Shown here one piece after another: positions 16,629 through 34,798 of a stretch of 64,000 nucleotides of DNA. Each line of letters begins with the position of its first letter. Position 1 is the stretch's first letter. The position numbers and the translations under genes are program-made. Source of the DNA: Eledone cirrhosa (Eukaryota); contig OZ024759.1 in assembly GCA_964016885.1 (NCBI GenBank), positions 25,730,001 through 25,794,000 on the forward strand. Reading direction: 5' to 3'. The notes beneath the pieces are model-generated. The model had not been told where the DNA came from. It ran no database searches and saw only the letters and a program-made list of their open reading frames with translations.

Positions 16629-17389
16629 CATACGACCATATATACATGCATACATACATACATACATACATACAACCATATATACATATGTACACACATA
16701 CATATATACATACATACATGCGTACATACATACATACATACATACAACCATATATACATATGTACACACATACATACATATATACATATAACCATATATA
16801 CATGCGTACATATATACATACATTAAGCAATGTTGTCGCTGTTACTATTCTCTACCCATCTATGACATTTCGTCTGCTTTGTTAGCTGACGCGAACCCTT
16901 CACCTCACATTTAGCTGTAAAGTATATAAAATGGTATAATAGTAGAAACGATAGATTTGCCTATTCCATATTGTTATTTATTGTCCAGGAGAAAACAGTT
17001 CACTGGTCATCATATCATTGTGGAGTTGAAGAGGCCGAAAATTGTCAGAGTTCAAATCAAACAGGAACTTTGGAAGACAATAAAATGGCGGCAGTTTCCG
17101 TTCAGTCGATACAACTTCCTGTCGGGCATTCACCACTCACCATAATAACATTTCTCTACTTCTAACATATTAAAATATATGGTGGTCGTTAACCTTATTT
17201 TATATCGGCTTTCTGACGTCTGCCGATATCTATCAGGTGCTTACTAGTTTACACTTACTACATGTTTAGATTATGGTTTTAGACACACATAAATACACAC
17301 ACACATATATATCCACACGCACAAACACACACACACACACATATATATATGCACAGAAACACACATATATGCATATTGTATATATATTG

Positions 17390-17427
<38 letters not shown>

Positions 17428-17926
17428 AAGAAAGAGACATGCACAAATACACACTGACATATGTATATATATATGCACAGAAACACACATATATGTATAT
17501 GATATATATCATATATATGTATATATATGTATATATACGCACACACATTTATGTATATGATATATATGATATATATCATATATATGTACATATATGTATA
17601 TATATACACACACATATATGTATATATATGTATATACACACATGTATATGTGTGTGTGTGTGTGTGTGTATTAGAATGGGTGTTGAAGGTATCATTGGAC
17701 TTTAGATATTTATACATTACCTGAATGAGTACTCAATATGTCTAAGTAGTGTAAATTATAGTTTTCAAGTTTCAGCTTGGTCACTCTCTCTCTATCTCTG
17801 CATCTCTGTCGCTATCTCTGCCTCCCTCTCTCTCTATCTCTGGCTCCCTCTCTCTCTATCTCTTTCTCTCTCTCACTCTCTCTCTCTCTTTCTCTATATC
17901 TCCCTCTCTCTCTCTCTTTCTCTGTC

Positions 17927-17992
<66 letters not shown>

Positions 17993-18045
17993 TATATATA
18001 TATAAGTATTAATAAAATAGATGTTCTTTTGATCAATTACATTTT

Positions 18046-18090
18046 ATTATACATATTTCGGATGTACAACAGTACGTCCTCATCAGACAA
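18046..18090 (-). ncRNA. Type I hammerhead ribozyme core (family D)
   Basis: Minus strand reads CUGAUGA-GGACGUAC(UGUU)GUACAUCC-GAAA-U-AU-GUA: complete core, 8-bp helix II with one C.A mismatch, near-palindromic helix III, GUA site. Helix I is poor. Confidence 0.65.
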
Positions 18091-18958
18091 AATATAATGA
18101 TACATGACATACCCTGAGATGTTAAATGGTTAAGATTTAATCAAGGTATTTTATCTATTTTATTAATACTTATATTAATAACTCCTGAAAATTATTTTTC
18201 GTTGAGTGCTTCCAATCTACTGTAAAAATCATTCTTTGACATAATCATCGAATATTGTTTAACAATTTAATACTTATATATATATATTATATATATTTAT
18301 TGGGTTGGTTTACGGCTGAATTCCCTTCCTAACGTCAACTAAGTTATATATATATATATATAACCAATTTTTACACAGTTTCTATACGCCAAATTGAACT
18401 CTTAGCGTTTGCCCCCCCCCCCCATGAGTCACGGAGTCGTGTGGTGTTGGTGATGAAGCTTGTGCTGGTGTCGGTGTTGTGGTTTGTTTTGAAATCCCAA
18501 TGACAGAGTAATTAGGTTTTTACCGAGTACTAACTTGAAATCGAGTCTCTACTGTTAACTGATATCTATAGCTTATACATACACACACACATATCAACAC
18601 TCTTATATACATTTATATATATACACACAAACGCTTATATATATCTATATGCCGTTTACCTAACCACGCATATAACAAACACACACACACACATATATAT
18701 ATAAATATATATATATACACACACACATATATATATATATATGAACACATACATATATATATATATATATAAATACATACAGAAATATATATATAAAGTG
18801 TGGGAAAGAGAGAGAGGGGTGGGGGGAGGAATGGTTATTGAGAGATAATTAACAAAGATGTGTTTACAATTCTTGGAATATATACACACCGTAAAGTTGA
18901 GTCGCACTTAATCTCATTGGATCTGTCTTAATGACCCCCTCCTCCTCCTTATTAGAAA

Positions 18959-19169
18959 GAGTGGATTGGCAGTATTGGTAGATGGTCGGACGTCATGCTG
19001 TGCAGCATAGAGTTACTTGCCCTTTACGTTCTGAGTTCAAATCCTGCCGAGGTTAGCTTTGCCTTACATCCATAACGGAAAAAAATAAAGTACCAGTAAT
19101 CCAATGGGGTCGATTTAATCGACTTTCCCTTTACACCCAAAATTGTTGTCCTTGTGCCTCTAGTAGAAA
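18959..19169 (+). mobile_element. tRNA-derived SINE (family S1, Meta-domain-like centre), full length
   Basis: A-box-like tggcagtattgg, B-box gttcaaatcc, central gcctt.catcc...aaataaagtacc, tail ccttgtgcc..tagtagaaa. Many copies in the window. Confidence 0.85.
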
Positions 19170-19395
19170 TATATAAATGGCTTCTACGGGACGAGAACAG
19201 TTTCGTTCAAAAGAAATCATCCGGAAAGCCTGATGATTTCTTTTGATATATATATATAAGGCTTTCTGGATGATTTCTTTTGAATGAAACTGTTTTAGTC
19301 ATGTAGAGTCCATTTATATATTAAACTTGATTTCTACACTCAACTAATGTGTTGAGAACATTACTAACTGAAGTTATCCCCGATTGAACCTGGGA

Positions 19396-19399
<4 letters not shown>
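19168..19399 (+). mobile_element. Family B fold-back element with degenerate hammerhead core
   Basis: Inverted arms 19168-19322. Contains cctgatgatttc and GAAACU-GUUUU-AGUC. Relatives at 22338 and 25328. Confidence 0.6.
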
Positions 19400-19457
<58 letters not shown>

Positions 19458-19549
19458 CACATTGGCCCCAGAGAGCACATTTTAACTCGCCTAAATAAAG
19501 TGTTACTCACTATATATAGAGAGTGATATAAGTAATTGTGTGTGTCAGG

Positions 19550-19595
<46 letters not shown>

Positions 19596-20460
19596 AAGAG
19601 AGAGAGGGGGGGGGGGGGAGAGACATGGAGGTACACACACACTCATATATATATGTAATGTGTGTGTGTACATAGATAAATACTTAGATAAATAGATAGT
19701 TATATGATTGATGGCTGGTTTGATAGATAATGTTTTTTGTGATGTGGGCGAGAGATGCGAATACATACACACACGCATTCACACATACTTGGAAATGGCA
19801 GATAGCCGATCACACACTCTCTCTCTCACACACACACACACACATACACACAAATGTACACATACATTCACATGTGTTAGGGTGTTGAGCAAATGGAAGG
19901 AAAGGAGGAAGGATGGAAGGGAAGAAGAAAAGAAAGTAAAGAAACATTGTCGGAAATACAAGGTTGGTGGAATTCCTGAGACAGGGTGTCTAGATATAGG
20001 GAGGATGTCATGTGAACCATAATGTTGTTGTTGTTATTGTTGTAGTTGTTGTTAATATGTTCGTTGTTATTGTTGTAGCAGTACTTGGAGTGGAGGATTT
20101 TACTGTTGCTATTGTTTTTATTTTTATTGTGTTTGATTTGGAGATGTTATTGTTAGTTTTGATCTCCACAAAAAGTGAACTAATATCTATCTACCAATAC
20201 ATAAGAAATTTCAATAGGACACCACCCGGATCCATGATAAATCTTTGATGATGTCAATGAACTCTTGCTCAGTTAAAAATACAGCGAACGCAATTTACAC
20301 CAACAACAGCGATTTATGTATGTGTGTATATATATATCTGGATAAACTGATTGAGTGTTAGATAGATGGGTAGAATACATAGAGATTGAACTACCCGTAT
20401 ATATATAATATATATATATATCTATGCATATATATATATATATATATGTATATATATCTA

Positions 20461-20519
<59 letters not shown>

Positions 20520-20600
20520 GTATATATATATACGTATATATATATGAGTGTGTGTGTATATATGTGTGTGTGTGTTTGTATGTGTGTATCTTATCTTAAA

Positions 20601-20647
<47 letters not shown>

Positions 20648-22257
20648 TAAAAACAACATATTTTTATGGTCGTAAAAACATTAAGTACGAGAAATAATAG
20701 ATGTTATTTGCTCTGTATGGCGAAGTTATTGTAAGTAGATAAAGCAGAATGCAATAATGTAATTATTTCAAAATGGCGACTATGGAAAAAACTGTTGAAC
20801 GGCGCAAAAATCTCTGTTGAATAGAATAGTTGTATTTAAGAGTATCGTAAATAAGGGAAACGATGAAATCACGTCAGAATATTATTTGGTCATAAAGTTA
20901 AGACTTACTAATTGGAGTGGTAGGGTTTATGATAGTTGTTTTTGTGGTTGATGTTAGTGGTAGTGGTTGGGGAATGTAGCATTTATGATAGTTGGTGGTA
21001 GTGGTTGGGGGTGTTGATGTGGCTGGTGGGGGCGTGTTGTGGTTGTTGTTGGTGGTAGTGGATGGAGAGTGGTGGAGAGTTGTTGTAGTGATGGTTGTGT
21101 TGTTGTTTTTGATGGTGGTGGTTGGGCAGTATTGTTGTTGGTGCTGGTGGTTCTGAATGTTGTAGTGGTGGGTGCTGTTGTTGTTGTTAGTATATGTCAC
21201 GAAAATGTATTATTATATAGTTAGTCTATGTCAAGAGAATCTTCTTTAATAATAGTGTGTGCGTGGAAAATATATTATAATATTGTTAGAGTATGTCGGG
21301 AAATGTATTATAATACAGTTTGTGTATGCTAATGCTAGGAAAACATTCTTTAATATATCTGGTGTATGTGAGGAAAATCTATTATAATACAGTTAACGTA
21401 TGTCTGTAACATATGTAATGTGCGGTAGAGTTATTGTATATTGAAAAGACGTACTATACAGGGGATACCGAGAAAATAAATTATACAACAGTTATGTAAA
21501 ATCTCCCCATTTTGCCTTATTCTTCCCCGTTTTGGTGCACTTTTTTCATGGTACTCCCCCTTTAGGTTTTTAGAGGCTGGCTGGTCTGCGACAGTAAACA
21601 GCAAGAGGGATTAACTTACACTAGTATATTAAGTATATATTGAAAACACGCGTTTATATAATATAGTTATTCTATGTCGGGAAATTGTATGTCAGGAAAA
21701 CTTATAAATCTCAGACAGTTAGCGTCAAGGCGATATACGTCATTAAATATATTGAGAAAAGAAAAAAGGATTGACAAAGTCTCGTTGAAACGAGATTTTG
21801 TAAGTGTTAGTGAAAGTATATGGCTCTGTATGCATGTACGTATTCGTGTATGTTCGTGTATGTGTTCGTGTATGCATGTGTGTGTGTGTGTGGAGCAGAG
21901 GCGGGTCGTGTGTGGTGATTTTAACGAGAATCAGCGAGATATAAGCAGAGATTAAGATTTAACTGATATTTAAGATTTGTAAGTCGTTGTTAAGATGACT
22001 AATATATAAATTGTACTATCTCTAAGTCATCATGGAAAGATTTATTGATGATAGAGTCTGTGGTGGTGGTAGTGTGGTGGTGGTGGTGATGGTAGTAATG
22101 TGATGATGGTGATGGTGGTGGTAGTAGTAGGGTGATAGTGGTGATGGTGGTGTTGGTGGTGCTGTTGTATTGTTATATAGTTTTTTTCAGCCCAACGTCA
22201 GCTCTGATCCAACACCAGTATGTTTACAGGGGTGCTCTATTCGTGACCATCCACTCA

Positions 22258-22337
<80 letters not shown>

Positions 22338-22344
<7 letters not shown>

Positions 22345-22515
22345 AGAAATTACTTCTACAGGACTAGAACTAGAATTATTTAAGTTCTAAGAAATCATCA
22401 GGACCTACGAATGAAACAAATCTAGTCCTGAAGAAGTCATTTCTGTAATAAAAATAAAGATGCCTATACTCTACTAATGTATTGAATACCATTATTAACT
22501 GTGATCACCTCTCGA
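22338..22515 (+). mobile_element. Family B fold-back element
   Basis: ttattacagaaat.acttct.caggactaga / tctagtcctg.agaagt.atttctgtaataa arms; gaatgaaac-N7-gtc; shared tail ctaatgtattgaatacc. Confidence 0.6.
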
Positions 22516-22597
22516 TATATCTCGCGAAAAGTATCATCCTCTCTCTCTCTCTCTCTGTATATATATATATGTATATATATACTTTCTTTGCTTCCTT

Positions 22598-22664
<67 letters not shown>

Positions 22665-23189
22665 TTATATCACATACACAAAGACACACTCTTCTATAAT
22701 TCTTTTGTGCCACTCTCTCCTTTTTCTCCTATTTTTATGTTCTCACTCTCTCATTCCGCCTCTGTAACTCATACACACTCCCTCGCATTATCTCTTAATT
22801 CCTCCCCTTCATCTCACCACAACCCTATATCAACTTCTCTATACCCTTTCACCTTCACCTTCCATATTCACACCCACCACTGCCAATCTCTCTAGCCAAC
22901 GTTGAAATCTGCTCCTTGGGCTTGAACCTCAAATCTCAACGTTGACCTTCTTAACTGGATGTCTTTTAGAAACTCTTCTCCAGCTATCAACTGACATCTT
23001 TATTGTCTCAATAAACACCATTGACCACACATTTCTTCTCAGACGTGTTCTTCTCAACAGCAGCAGCAGAAACAATCAATAATAGTATTAGTATTAAGTA
23101 AAAAATTATCATCATTATCACAGAAGACTATGTTCTCTGTATTTGTCTATTTTCATCTTGATATATATATATATATAAATAATAATAAT

Positions 23190-23262
23190 AATGGCAAGCA
23201 TTTTTGGGGGAGGGTAAAATCGATTAAATCGACTCCAGTGCATGACTGGTACTTTATTTTAT
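23190..23262 (-). mobile_element. S1 SINE 3' fragment
   Basis: tcgattaaatcgactccagtgcatgactggtactttatttt. Confidence 0.75.
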
Positions 23263-23624
23263 GGATAAGATGGATTTTACCAATACATCGAAACCGGTAA
23301 TTTTTCATATACTTTATATACATTATAAAACTTCCTTTTAAAAAGAATTGTCCCTCTCACTTTTTCAATAATGTTGTCTTTTCAATAATGTCACTTTGAC
23401 AAATCAAAAAATAAAAACAGATCCTTAAATATATTTTCCGTGCTATTTCCAACTTCACCTTTTCTGTATATATTGATATATATATTTATATTTTATTTAT
23501 ATATATATATATATTGATATATATATATATATATTTATGTTTATTTTTATATATATATTTATATACATCAATATATTTATTTAAATATATATATATTTGT
23601 ATATATATAGAATTATATTTATTT

Positions 23625-23661
<37 letters not shown>

Positions 23662-23737
23662 AATACATTTATTTATACATATATATATATTTGTATATAT
23701 ATAAATATATTTATTTATATATATATATATATATAAT

Positions 23738-23779
<42 letters not shown>

Positions 23780-24277
23780 GATTGAAGAATAACATGGATC
23801 GGCTACACAGTAGTGTGTGTGGATGTGTGTGACTCATTTTATACCTCACAATTTACCGATCAGAATCGACTGCTACAAATATTTCTCGTGCCCCCACTCT
23901 TAAAATATTAACACGAATAGGAGGACTTTAGATCTTTTGTTTGATAAAAGTTAACAAAAACAACATCAAGAACATTATTATCATAATCATCATCGTCATC
24001 ATCATCAATAACAACGACGACTACATCATCAAAAGCAACAACAGCAACAACAACAACGGTGATATTAATAATAACGGTGACAGGCTGAAAATTTCCGACA
24101 ATTGAAAAAGGATGAAAATATAATTGAGTGCTGTTGGGGAGGAAGGAAATCCGTGTGGATGGATGGTTCAAAATTGGAAAAAGATCTATGGCGGAGAGGA
24201 GACAAAATGGCGGCCATCTTTGATGATATTATCAAAATGGCGGCGGTGTAATATCTGTCAAATAGGGACGATGTGAT

Positions 24278-24332
<55 letters not shown>

Positions 24333-24357
24333 GACTATCTATCTATCGCCCCTTTCT

Positions 24358-24417
<60 letters not shown>

Positions 24418-24780
24418 ACTATATCTCCGTGTACAATAAATATTTCCTCTGTAAAATACCAAACATTAGATTTCTCACTGCGACCGATATGATTTATAAC
24501 TCCGCAAAGATTTCCGTTTAAGATCAGTACAGAGTATATATATATATATATGTATATATGTGTGTGTGTGTGTGTGTGTGTACGTGTACATTAATTGATA
24601 GATGAGTCGATAGAGTGAAGATATTGGCAGTCAGACAATATAAATTGTACTTAAACTACAAATCTGCAATTTACATCAAGTTGTCTGTATATACTTCTTA
24701 TATTTCTACATATTTATACGTACATGTATTTATTATATATATACATACATACACACACACACATATACAGTATATATATA

Positions 24781-24983
24781 TAGGAAGAAGTATGACCCTG
24801 ACGGCAGAGCTGAAGCCGTTTCGACGGCTATTTCTGAACTTAGAGTCCAGAAATAGCCGTCGAAACGGCTTGAGCTCTGCCGTCGAGGTCACACTTTTTC
24901 CTATTACCCACTCTACTACCCTAAGTATTGAGCACTCTGGTGCGTTATAGTCCATCTGGTTCCTTACTACAGCTCCTTCGTTA
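24781..24983 (+). mobile_element. Family A hairpin element with long helix II and hammerhead 3' half
   Basis: gacggctatttctg...cagaaatagccgtc-GAAAC-GGC..GAGCTC.GCC-GTC. Same tail as the 8377 copy; flanked by TA runs. Confidence 0.75.
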
Positions 24984-25034
24984 TATATACTGTATATATA
25001 TATATATCAGTATAAATGTATGTTTATATATTAC

Positions 25035-25093
<59 letters not shown>

Positions 25094-25327
25094 GTGTGTT
25101 TGCGACAGAGTTTTTAAAATACCGTAGTATATTTAAAACAAGCTCAATCTGATTGAGCTCTTAATACCGGTGGGTAGACATTTATTTTTCGTTGGGGCTA
25201 GGAGGTTAAATTATAATTCATCCAAGCGTGACGTTTCATTGCTTTGGGTGCTCAACAATGGAACAGGTAGTCTCTGATATGTAAATTAAATAGACGGGAA
25301 GAAAAATTAGATATTACGGCCATTCTA

Positions 25328-25480
25328 AGGAAATCACGAGGAAAGCTTTCCTGATGATTTTCTTCGAATGAAACAGTTCCAGTCCTGTAGAAGCCATTTC
25401 TATATTAAAATTAAATTTGTTGTATACACTTACCAATGTATTGAATACCTTACTTACTATGGTTACCGCGATCTAACTCT
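25328..25480 (+). mobile_element. Family B element with contiguous CUGAUGA...GAAAC...GUC
   Basis: 25351 CTGATGA-ttttcttcgaat-GAAAC-agttcca-GTC. Helices I and II are weak. Confidence 0.55.
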
Positions 25481-25494
25481 CACAGGCACACACG

Positions 25495-25631
<137 letters not shown>

Positions 25632-26789
25632 ACACACACACGTAAATATGTTTGTGTGTGTGTGTGTGTGTGTGTCTATGTGGTTGGGAATTTTTCTATG
25701 TGTGTGCTTACATACACATACATGCGGATAGGTAGGGACTTTTGTATCGTAAACGCTATAAACGTTGGTATCTCAATTCAACTGGAGCGCCGACAACTCT
25801 CATAAGTCAATATCAATTACTAGTTGAAATATCTACACATGATTTACCTAACAAATATCTCCGAATCAAAAGGCCATGACCTTTCAATACTCGTTTCAAT
25901 TCAACATCTTTAACTTCCTGTAGCTTCGTCTTCTGTGCGATAAAACGACTTCCTTTCTCACACATGAAATGTTAAGGAAGAAAAAATGAAATATGCCGAC
26001 ATATTTTATTTCACTATTGCAGCAACTTGGTAAATTTTATTGATTATCAGCTAGGCCGGCTATATTGGAATGATGGAATGAGATCGTTTCTCACCGTAAG
26101 CCAACATTAAACAATATGGCGGCCTTTTCTCTTGTTTGACGGGAAATATGGCGTTCTGTGTAGTTTACGTTTTAGTTTGTTTATATAGGAGTGAGATTTT
26201 AACATATATTCTTCTTCCTTCCTACTCGATCTCTCTTTGATTCTCCACCCCACCCGCCCTCTCTCTCTCTCTCTCTATATATATATTGTATATATATATA
26301 TACATTTAAGTTTATATACACATACAGACATATATATTTACATTTAAATTTATACACACACGGAGAGAGAAGAATGTATGCTATACATTTATACATTTTG
26401 TTCTCCACATGTATGTATGTTTTACTATTTTACAATTTGACATAATCGTACATCCATATAATTTACGAAGACAAAAGCCGAGAGAAAGAGAGGAAAAGAG
26501 AGAAGACGGAAGAGAGTGAGAGAGAGAGAGGGAAAGACGAGAGGGAAGAGAGAGAAAAGAATTGAGAAGCCGTGTAAACTGTTAGTAATTGGCAAGTGTT
26601 TGTTGTTAAATTAGCCGTATTGAGGTAATATATACTGTTGATAGGAACACATGCTGAGTTGTTCAGACTTACACGTGTAGAGAGGAGGAACTTCACACAT
26701 ACTGGATATAAGAGCTTCAAACATACAAGTGGAGATGTGAATTTCTCTTACTCTGTTTGTCTGTCTCTCTCTCTCTCCCTCCCCTATCT

Positions 26790-30590
<3,801 letters not shown>

Positions 30591-31157
30591 GAGTGTGTGT
30601 AGGTGTGTTTCATATGAGTAAATCTGTGTGTATGAGTGTGTGTGGTTTTATGTATACATTTAAGTGTATCCGTAAGTGTGTGTGTGTCTTTTGTTGTGTG
30701 AGTGTAATTTTCCGCGCATGCTTGCGTTTTTAAATCGGGGGATTACGGTATGTATATTTATGTGTAAGTATGTATCCATCCAGGTATGTATATATGTACG
30801 TACGCGTCTGCCTGGCTATCTATATTAGAAGTGTATATAAGCACACGTACGATATGTTAATATGTTTATGTATAATAGACATATAAATGTCTCGCTATCA
30901 AGGTTTTAAGATGTGATCATGTCACAGCTATCCCAGTTGCCACGTAAGAACGCCAGATACGTGTTTCAGGTTCTTTAAAGTCCATAATCAGCGTCATTTA
31001 GTCACTCCATATTAAGAGGAGAATAACTATAGTTTATATACTTATGAGTTTATAAAACGTTTGCTGGAGACGATCATTTGCAAATGGCGTATGATTAACC
31101 TAGCTGGGATTAAATTGGGGTAGCACTAACATAGTGCGATTCTTAATAAAGGTGTAT

Positions 31158-31353
31158 CTGAAGGCATATACGATATATTTATACTATTTGGACTATATAT
31201 ATATCAGAGGGGTAGTTTACGGTCGAAGCATCTTTCCCTAGGGATAATCAAGTTATCCTTACTGTAGATCCTAAGTCCAAATAGTATAAATATATCGTAT
31301 ATGCCTTCAGGGAAAGATGCTTCGACAGTAAACTACCACTCTGATATATATAT
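31158..31353. repeat. Interleaved inverted repeats A-B-A'-B'
   Basis: A 31158-31194 is the perfect reverse complement of 31274-31310. B 31195-31239 is the reverse complement of 31309-31353 with 2 mismatches. Confidence 0.9.
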
Positions 31354-32173
31354 ATGACTCACGCTACTTAAAGTTTCATGATAGGAGCTCTGTACCACAC
31401 AGTCTTTGTGTAGTGTGAATCTGTCATGCTTAACACCACAGTATATATATATTTATATATATATATATAGATATATATATATATATACTGTGGTGTTATG
31501 CATGATGGTGTTATATATATATATATATATATATATAAATATATATATAAAGACGCACTCACACACATGCTGCATACACATGCATATATATATTTATATA
31601 TATACGTCAGTTATTTACATATATTATTTGGAGGAGTAGATATACATGTCTAAGTATGTTTATATATACATGTCACAAGTATGTTTACATTACACCAAAC
31701 CTAAGAATGTATATACTCAAATGTCACAAGTATGTTTACATACACAGGTTCCCATGTATGTTTAGATATATACTTACTGTAAAACTGTTTATATATAAAT
31801 GTCGTAATGTATGTATACATTAGAGTTATCATAAGTATGATTGTATACACACGTCGTAGTATTTTTATATACTCAAGTCTTAGTGTGTATATATATGTAT
31901 ACATACATGTCAGATGTAGGCTTACATCTTTGTAATCATAAGAATATTTATATACACAGGTCGTAAAGATTTCTAATTCACAAGTCATAGATATGACTTT
32001 ACTAATATTAATGTTGGTGATAAAATTGTAGTTGTTGTCTGTGGTAATGTTGGCTGTATTACTGCTAATACAAGGGTATATATATATATATATACACGCA
32101 TATAGATAAATAAATAAATATATATTTATATATATATATATATATATATTTATTTATTTATTTATCTATATGC

Positions 32174-32232
<59 letters not shown>

Positions 32233-32351
32233 CATACAGATAAATAAATAAATATATATATATATATATATAAATATATATTTATTTATTTATCTATATG
32301 CGTGTGTGTATGTATGTATATATATTTACATACCCACACGCATATATATAC

Positions 32352-32435
<84 letters not shown>

Positions 32436-32672
32436 GTATATGTATATATATATGTATATATATATGTATATGTATATATATATGTATGTATGTATATATA
32501 TATGTATATATGTATATACATATGTATATATATATATATATGTATATATATATGTATATATATGTATATATATATATGTATATACATATATATATATACA
32601 TATATATATACATATATACATATATATATACATATATATATATATGTATATATATATATGTATATATATATG

Positions 32673-32723
<51 letters not shown>

Positions 32724-32936
32724 GTATATATATGTATATATATATGTATATATATGTATATATATATATGTATATGTATATATATGTATATATATATATG
32801 TATATATATATATGTATATATATATATGTATATATATATATGTATATATATATGTATATATATATGTATATATATATGTATATATATATATATATGTATA
32901 TATATATGTATATATATATATATATGTATATATATG

Positions 32937-32967
<31 letters not shown>

Positions 32968-32968
32968 G

Positions 32969-32999
<31 letters not shown>

Positions 33000-33053
33000 G
33001 TATGTATATATATGTATATATGTATATATATGTATGTATATATATATATATAT

Positions 33054-33645
33054 GCTACTGGTAACATGTATCCCAGTACAACCTGTCCCATGGTCGGGTC
33101 GTTGGCGACTAAACTGGCAACCCCACCAAGGTTTCTTGGTGAGGAGGGTGACTTTGGACATCCTGCAGGACTAAAAACAAAACCTGTCAAAGGGCAAAGG
33201 AGCTCTTAAGAGTCAATGGCCATCCAAAATCACCGGGAGAGATGACCCCTTAGCCTTTGTCAAGGCAGAATTCTAGGAGAAGGAAAACTCTGATATAACA
33301 CCTGCAACCCTGATGGTATCCAATGATGTTGACTTGTTCTTCTTTTTGGTAAATATCATCTTGGTTAAGAGAGTGGGACTGGCTTTGTGCAGTGCCTTTG
33401 CTCACTATAAAAGCTTCACGGCACAGGCATTGCTTTATATCTGGAGATCTCTCTGCACTTGTCGTCACATGGTACCATGGGCCCAGCACTATGTGTCAGT
33501 AATTGTCACAAGTGTAGTGTTTGTACCAGAGTTTTCAAGTCGCTGGCTGGACTAAAAAGTCACACTCGTTCAGCGCATCGGTAGGGGTTCTCCTACATGG
33601 ATATAAAGTAGTGGCCGTACTCGAAAACGAGTTGGCAGCCACCAT
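33054..33645 (+). mobile_element. Non-autonomous bipartite RTE-derived retroelement (~600 bp)
   Basis: RTE-type 5'-UTR motif ggagaaggaaaactctga, no RT, 3' C2H2 finger [22 protein letters not shown], 3' hairpin ctcgaaaacgag, (ATGT/AT)n tail. Confidence 0.75.
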
Positions 33646-33808
33646 GTATATATATGCATGTATATGTATATATATGTATGTATATGTATATATATATATG
33701 TATATATATATGTATATATATATATATGTATGTATATGTATATATATGTATGTATATGTATATATATATATGTATATATATATGTATATATATATATGTA
33801 TATATATA

Positions 33809-33841
<33 letters not shown>

Positions 33842-33850
33842 ATATATATG

Positions 33851-33881
<31 letters not shown>

Positions 33882-34108
33882 GTATATATATATGTATATG
33901 TATATATATATATGTCTATATATATATGTCTATATATATATGTATATGTATATATATATGTATATATATATATATGTATATATATATATGTCTATATATA
34001 TATGTCTATATATATGTATATATATATATATATGTCTATATATATATGTCTATATATATATGTATATATATATATATATGTCTATATATATATGTCTATA
34101 TATATATG

Positions 34109-34139
<31 letters not shown>

Positions 34140-34182
34140 GTCTATATATATATGTGTATATATATATGTATATATATGTATG

Positions 34183-34215
<33 letters not shown>

Positions 34216-34286
34216 GTGTATATATATGTATATATATATATATGTGTATATATATGTATATATATATATATATATGTATATATATG

Positions 34287-34335
<49 letters not shown>

Positions 34336-34657
34336 GTGTATATATATGTATATATATATATGTGTATATATACATATGTATACGTGTGTGTATTCATATA
34401 CACACCAGTATTTCAGTATGCATATGTAGATGTACATTTTTAACTTAATTATATATGTGTATATATATGTATATATATATATGTGTATATATATGTGTGT
34501 ATATATATATGTGTGTATATATATATGTATATATATATATATGTATATATATATATGTATATATATATGTATATATATATATGTATATATATATGTGTAT
34601 ATATATATATATGTGTATATATATATGTATATATATATATATGTGTATATATATATG

Positions 34658-34706
<49 letters not shown>

Positions 34707-34798
34707 GTGTATATATATATATGTGTATATATATATGTATATATATACATGTATATATATATATGTATATATATATCTGTATATATATATATGTATAT

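Noticed and set aside
33054-33160. HDV-like or twister ribozyme at the RTE-element 5' end
   Set aside because: Stems and a CUAA/GAGGAGGG motif are present, but I could not build the required pseudoknots by eye.
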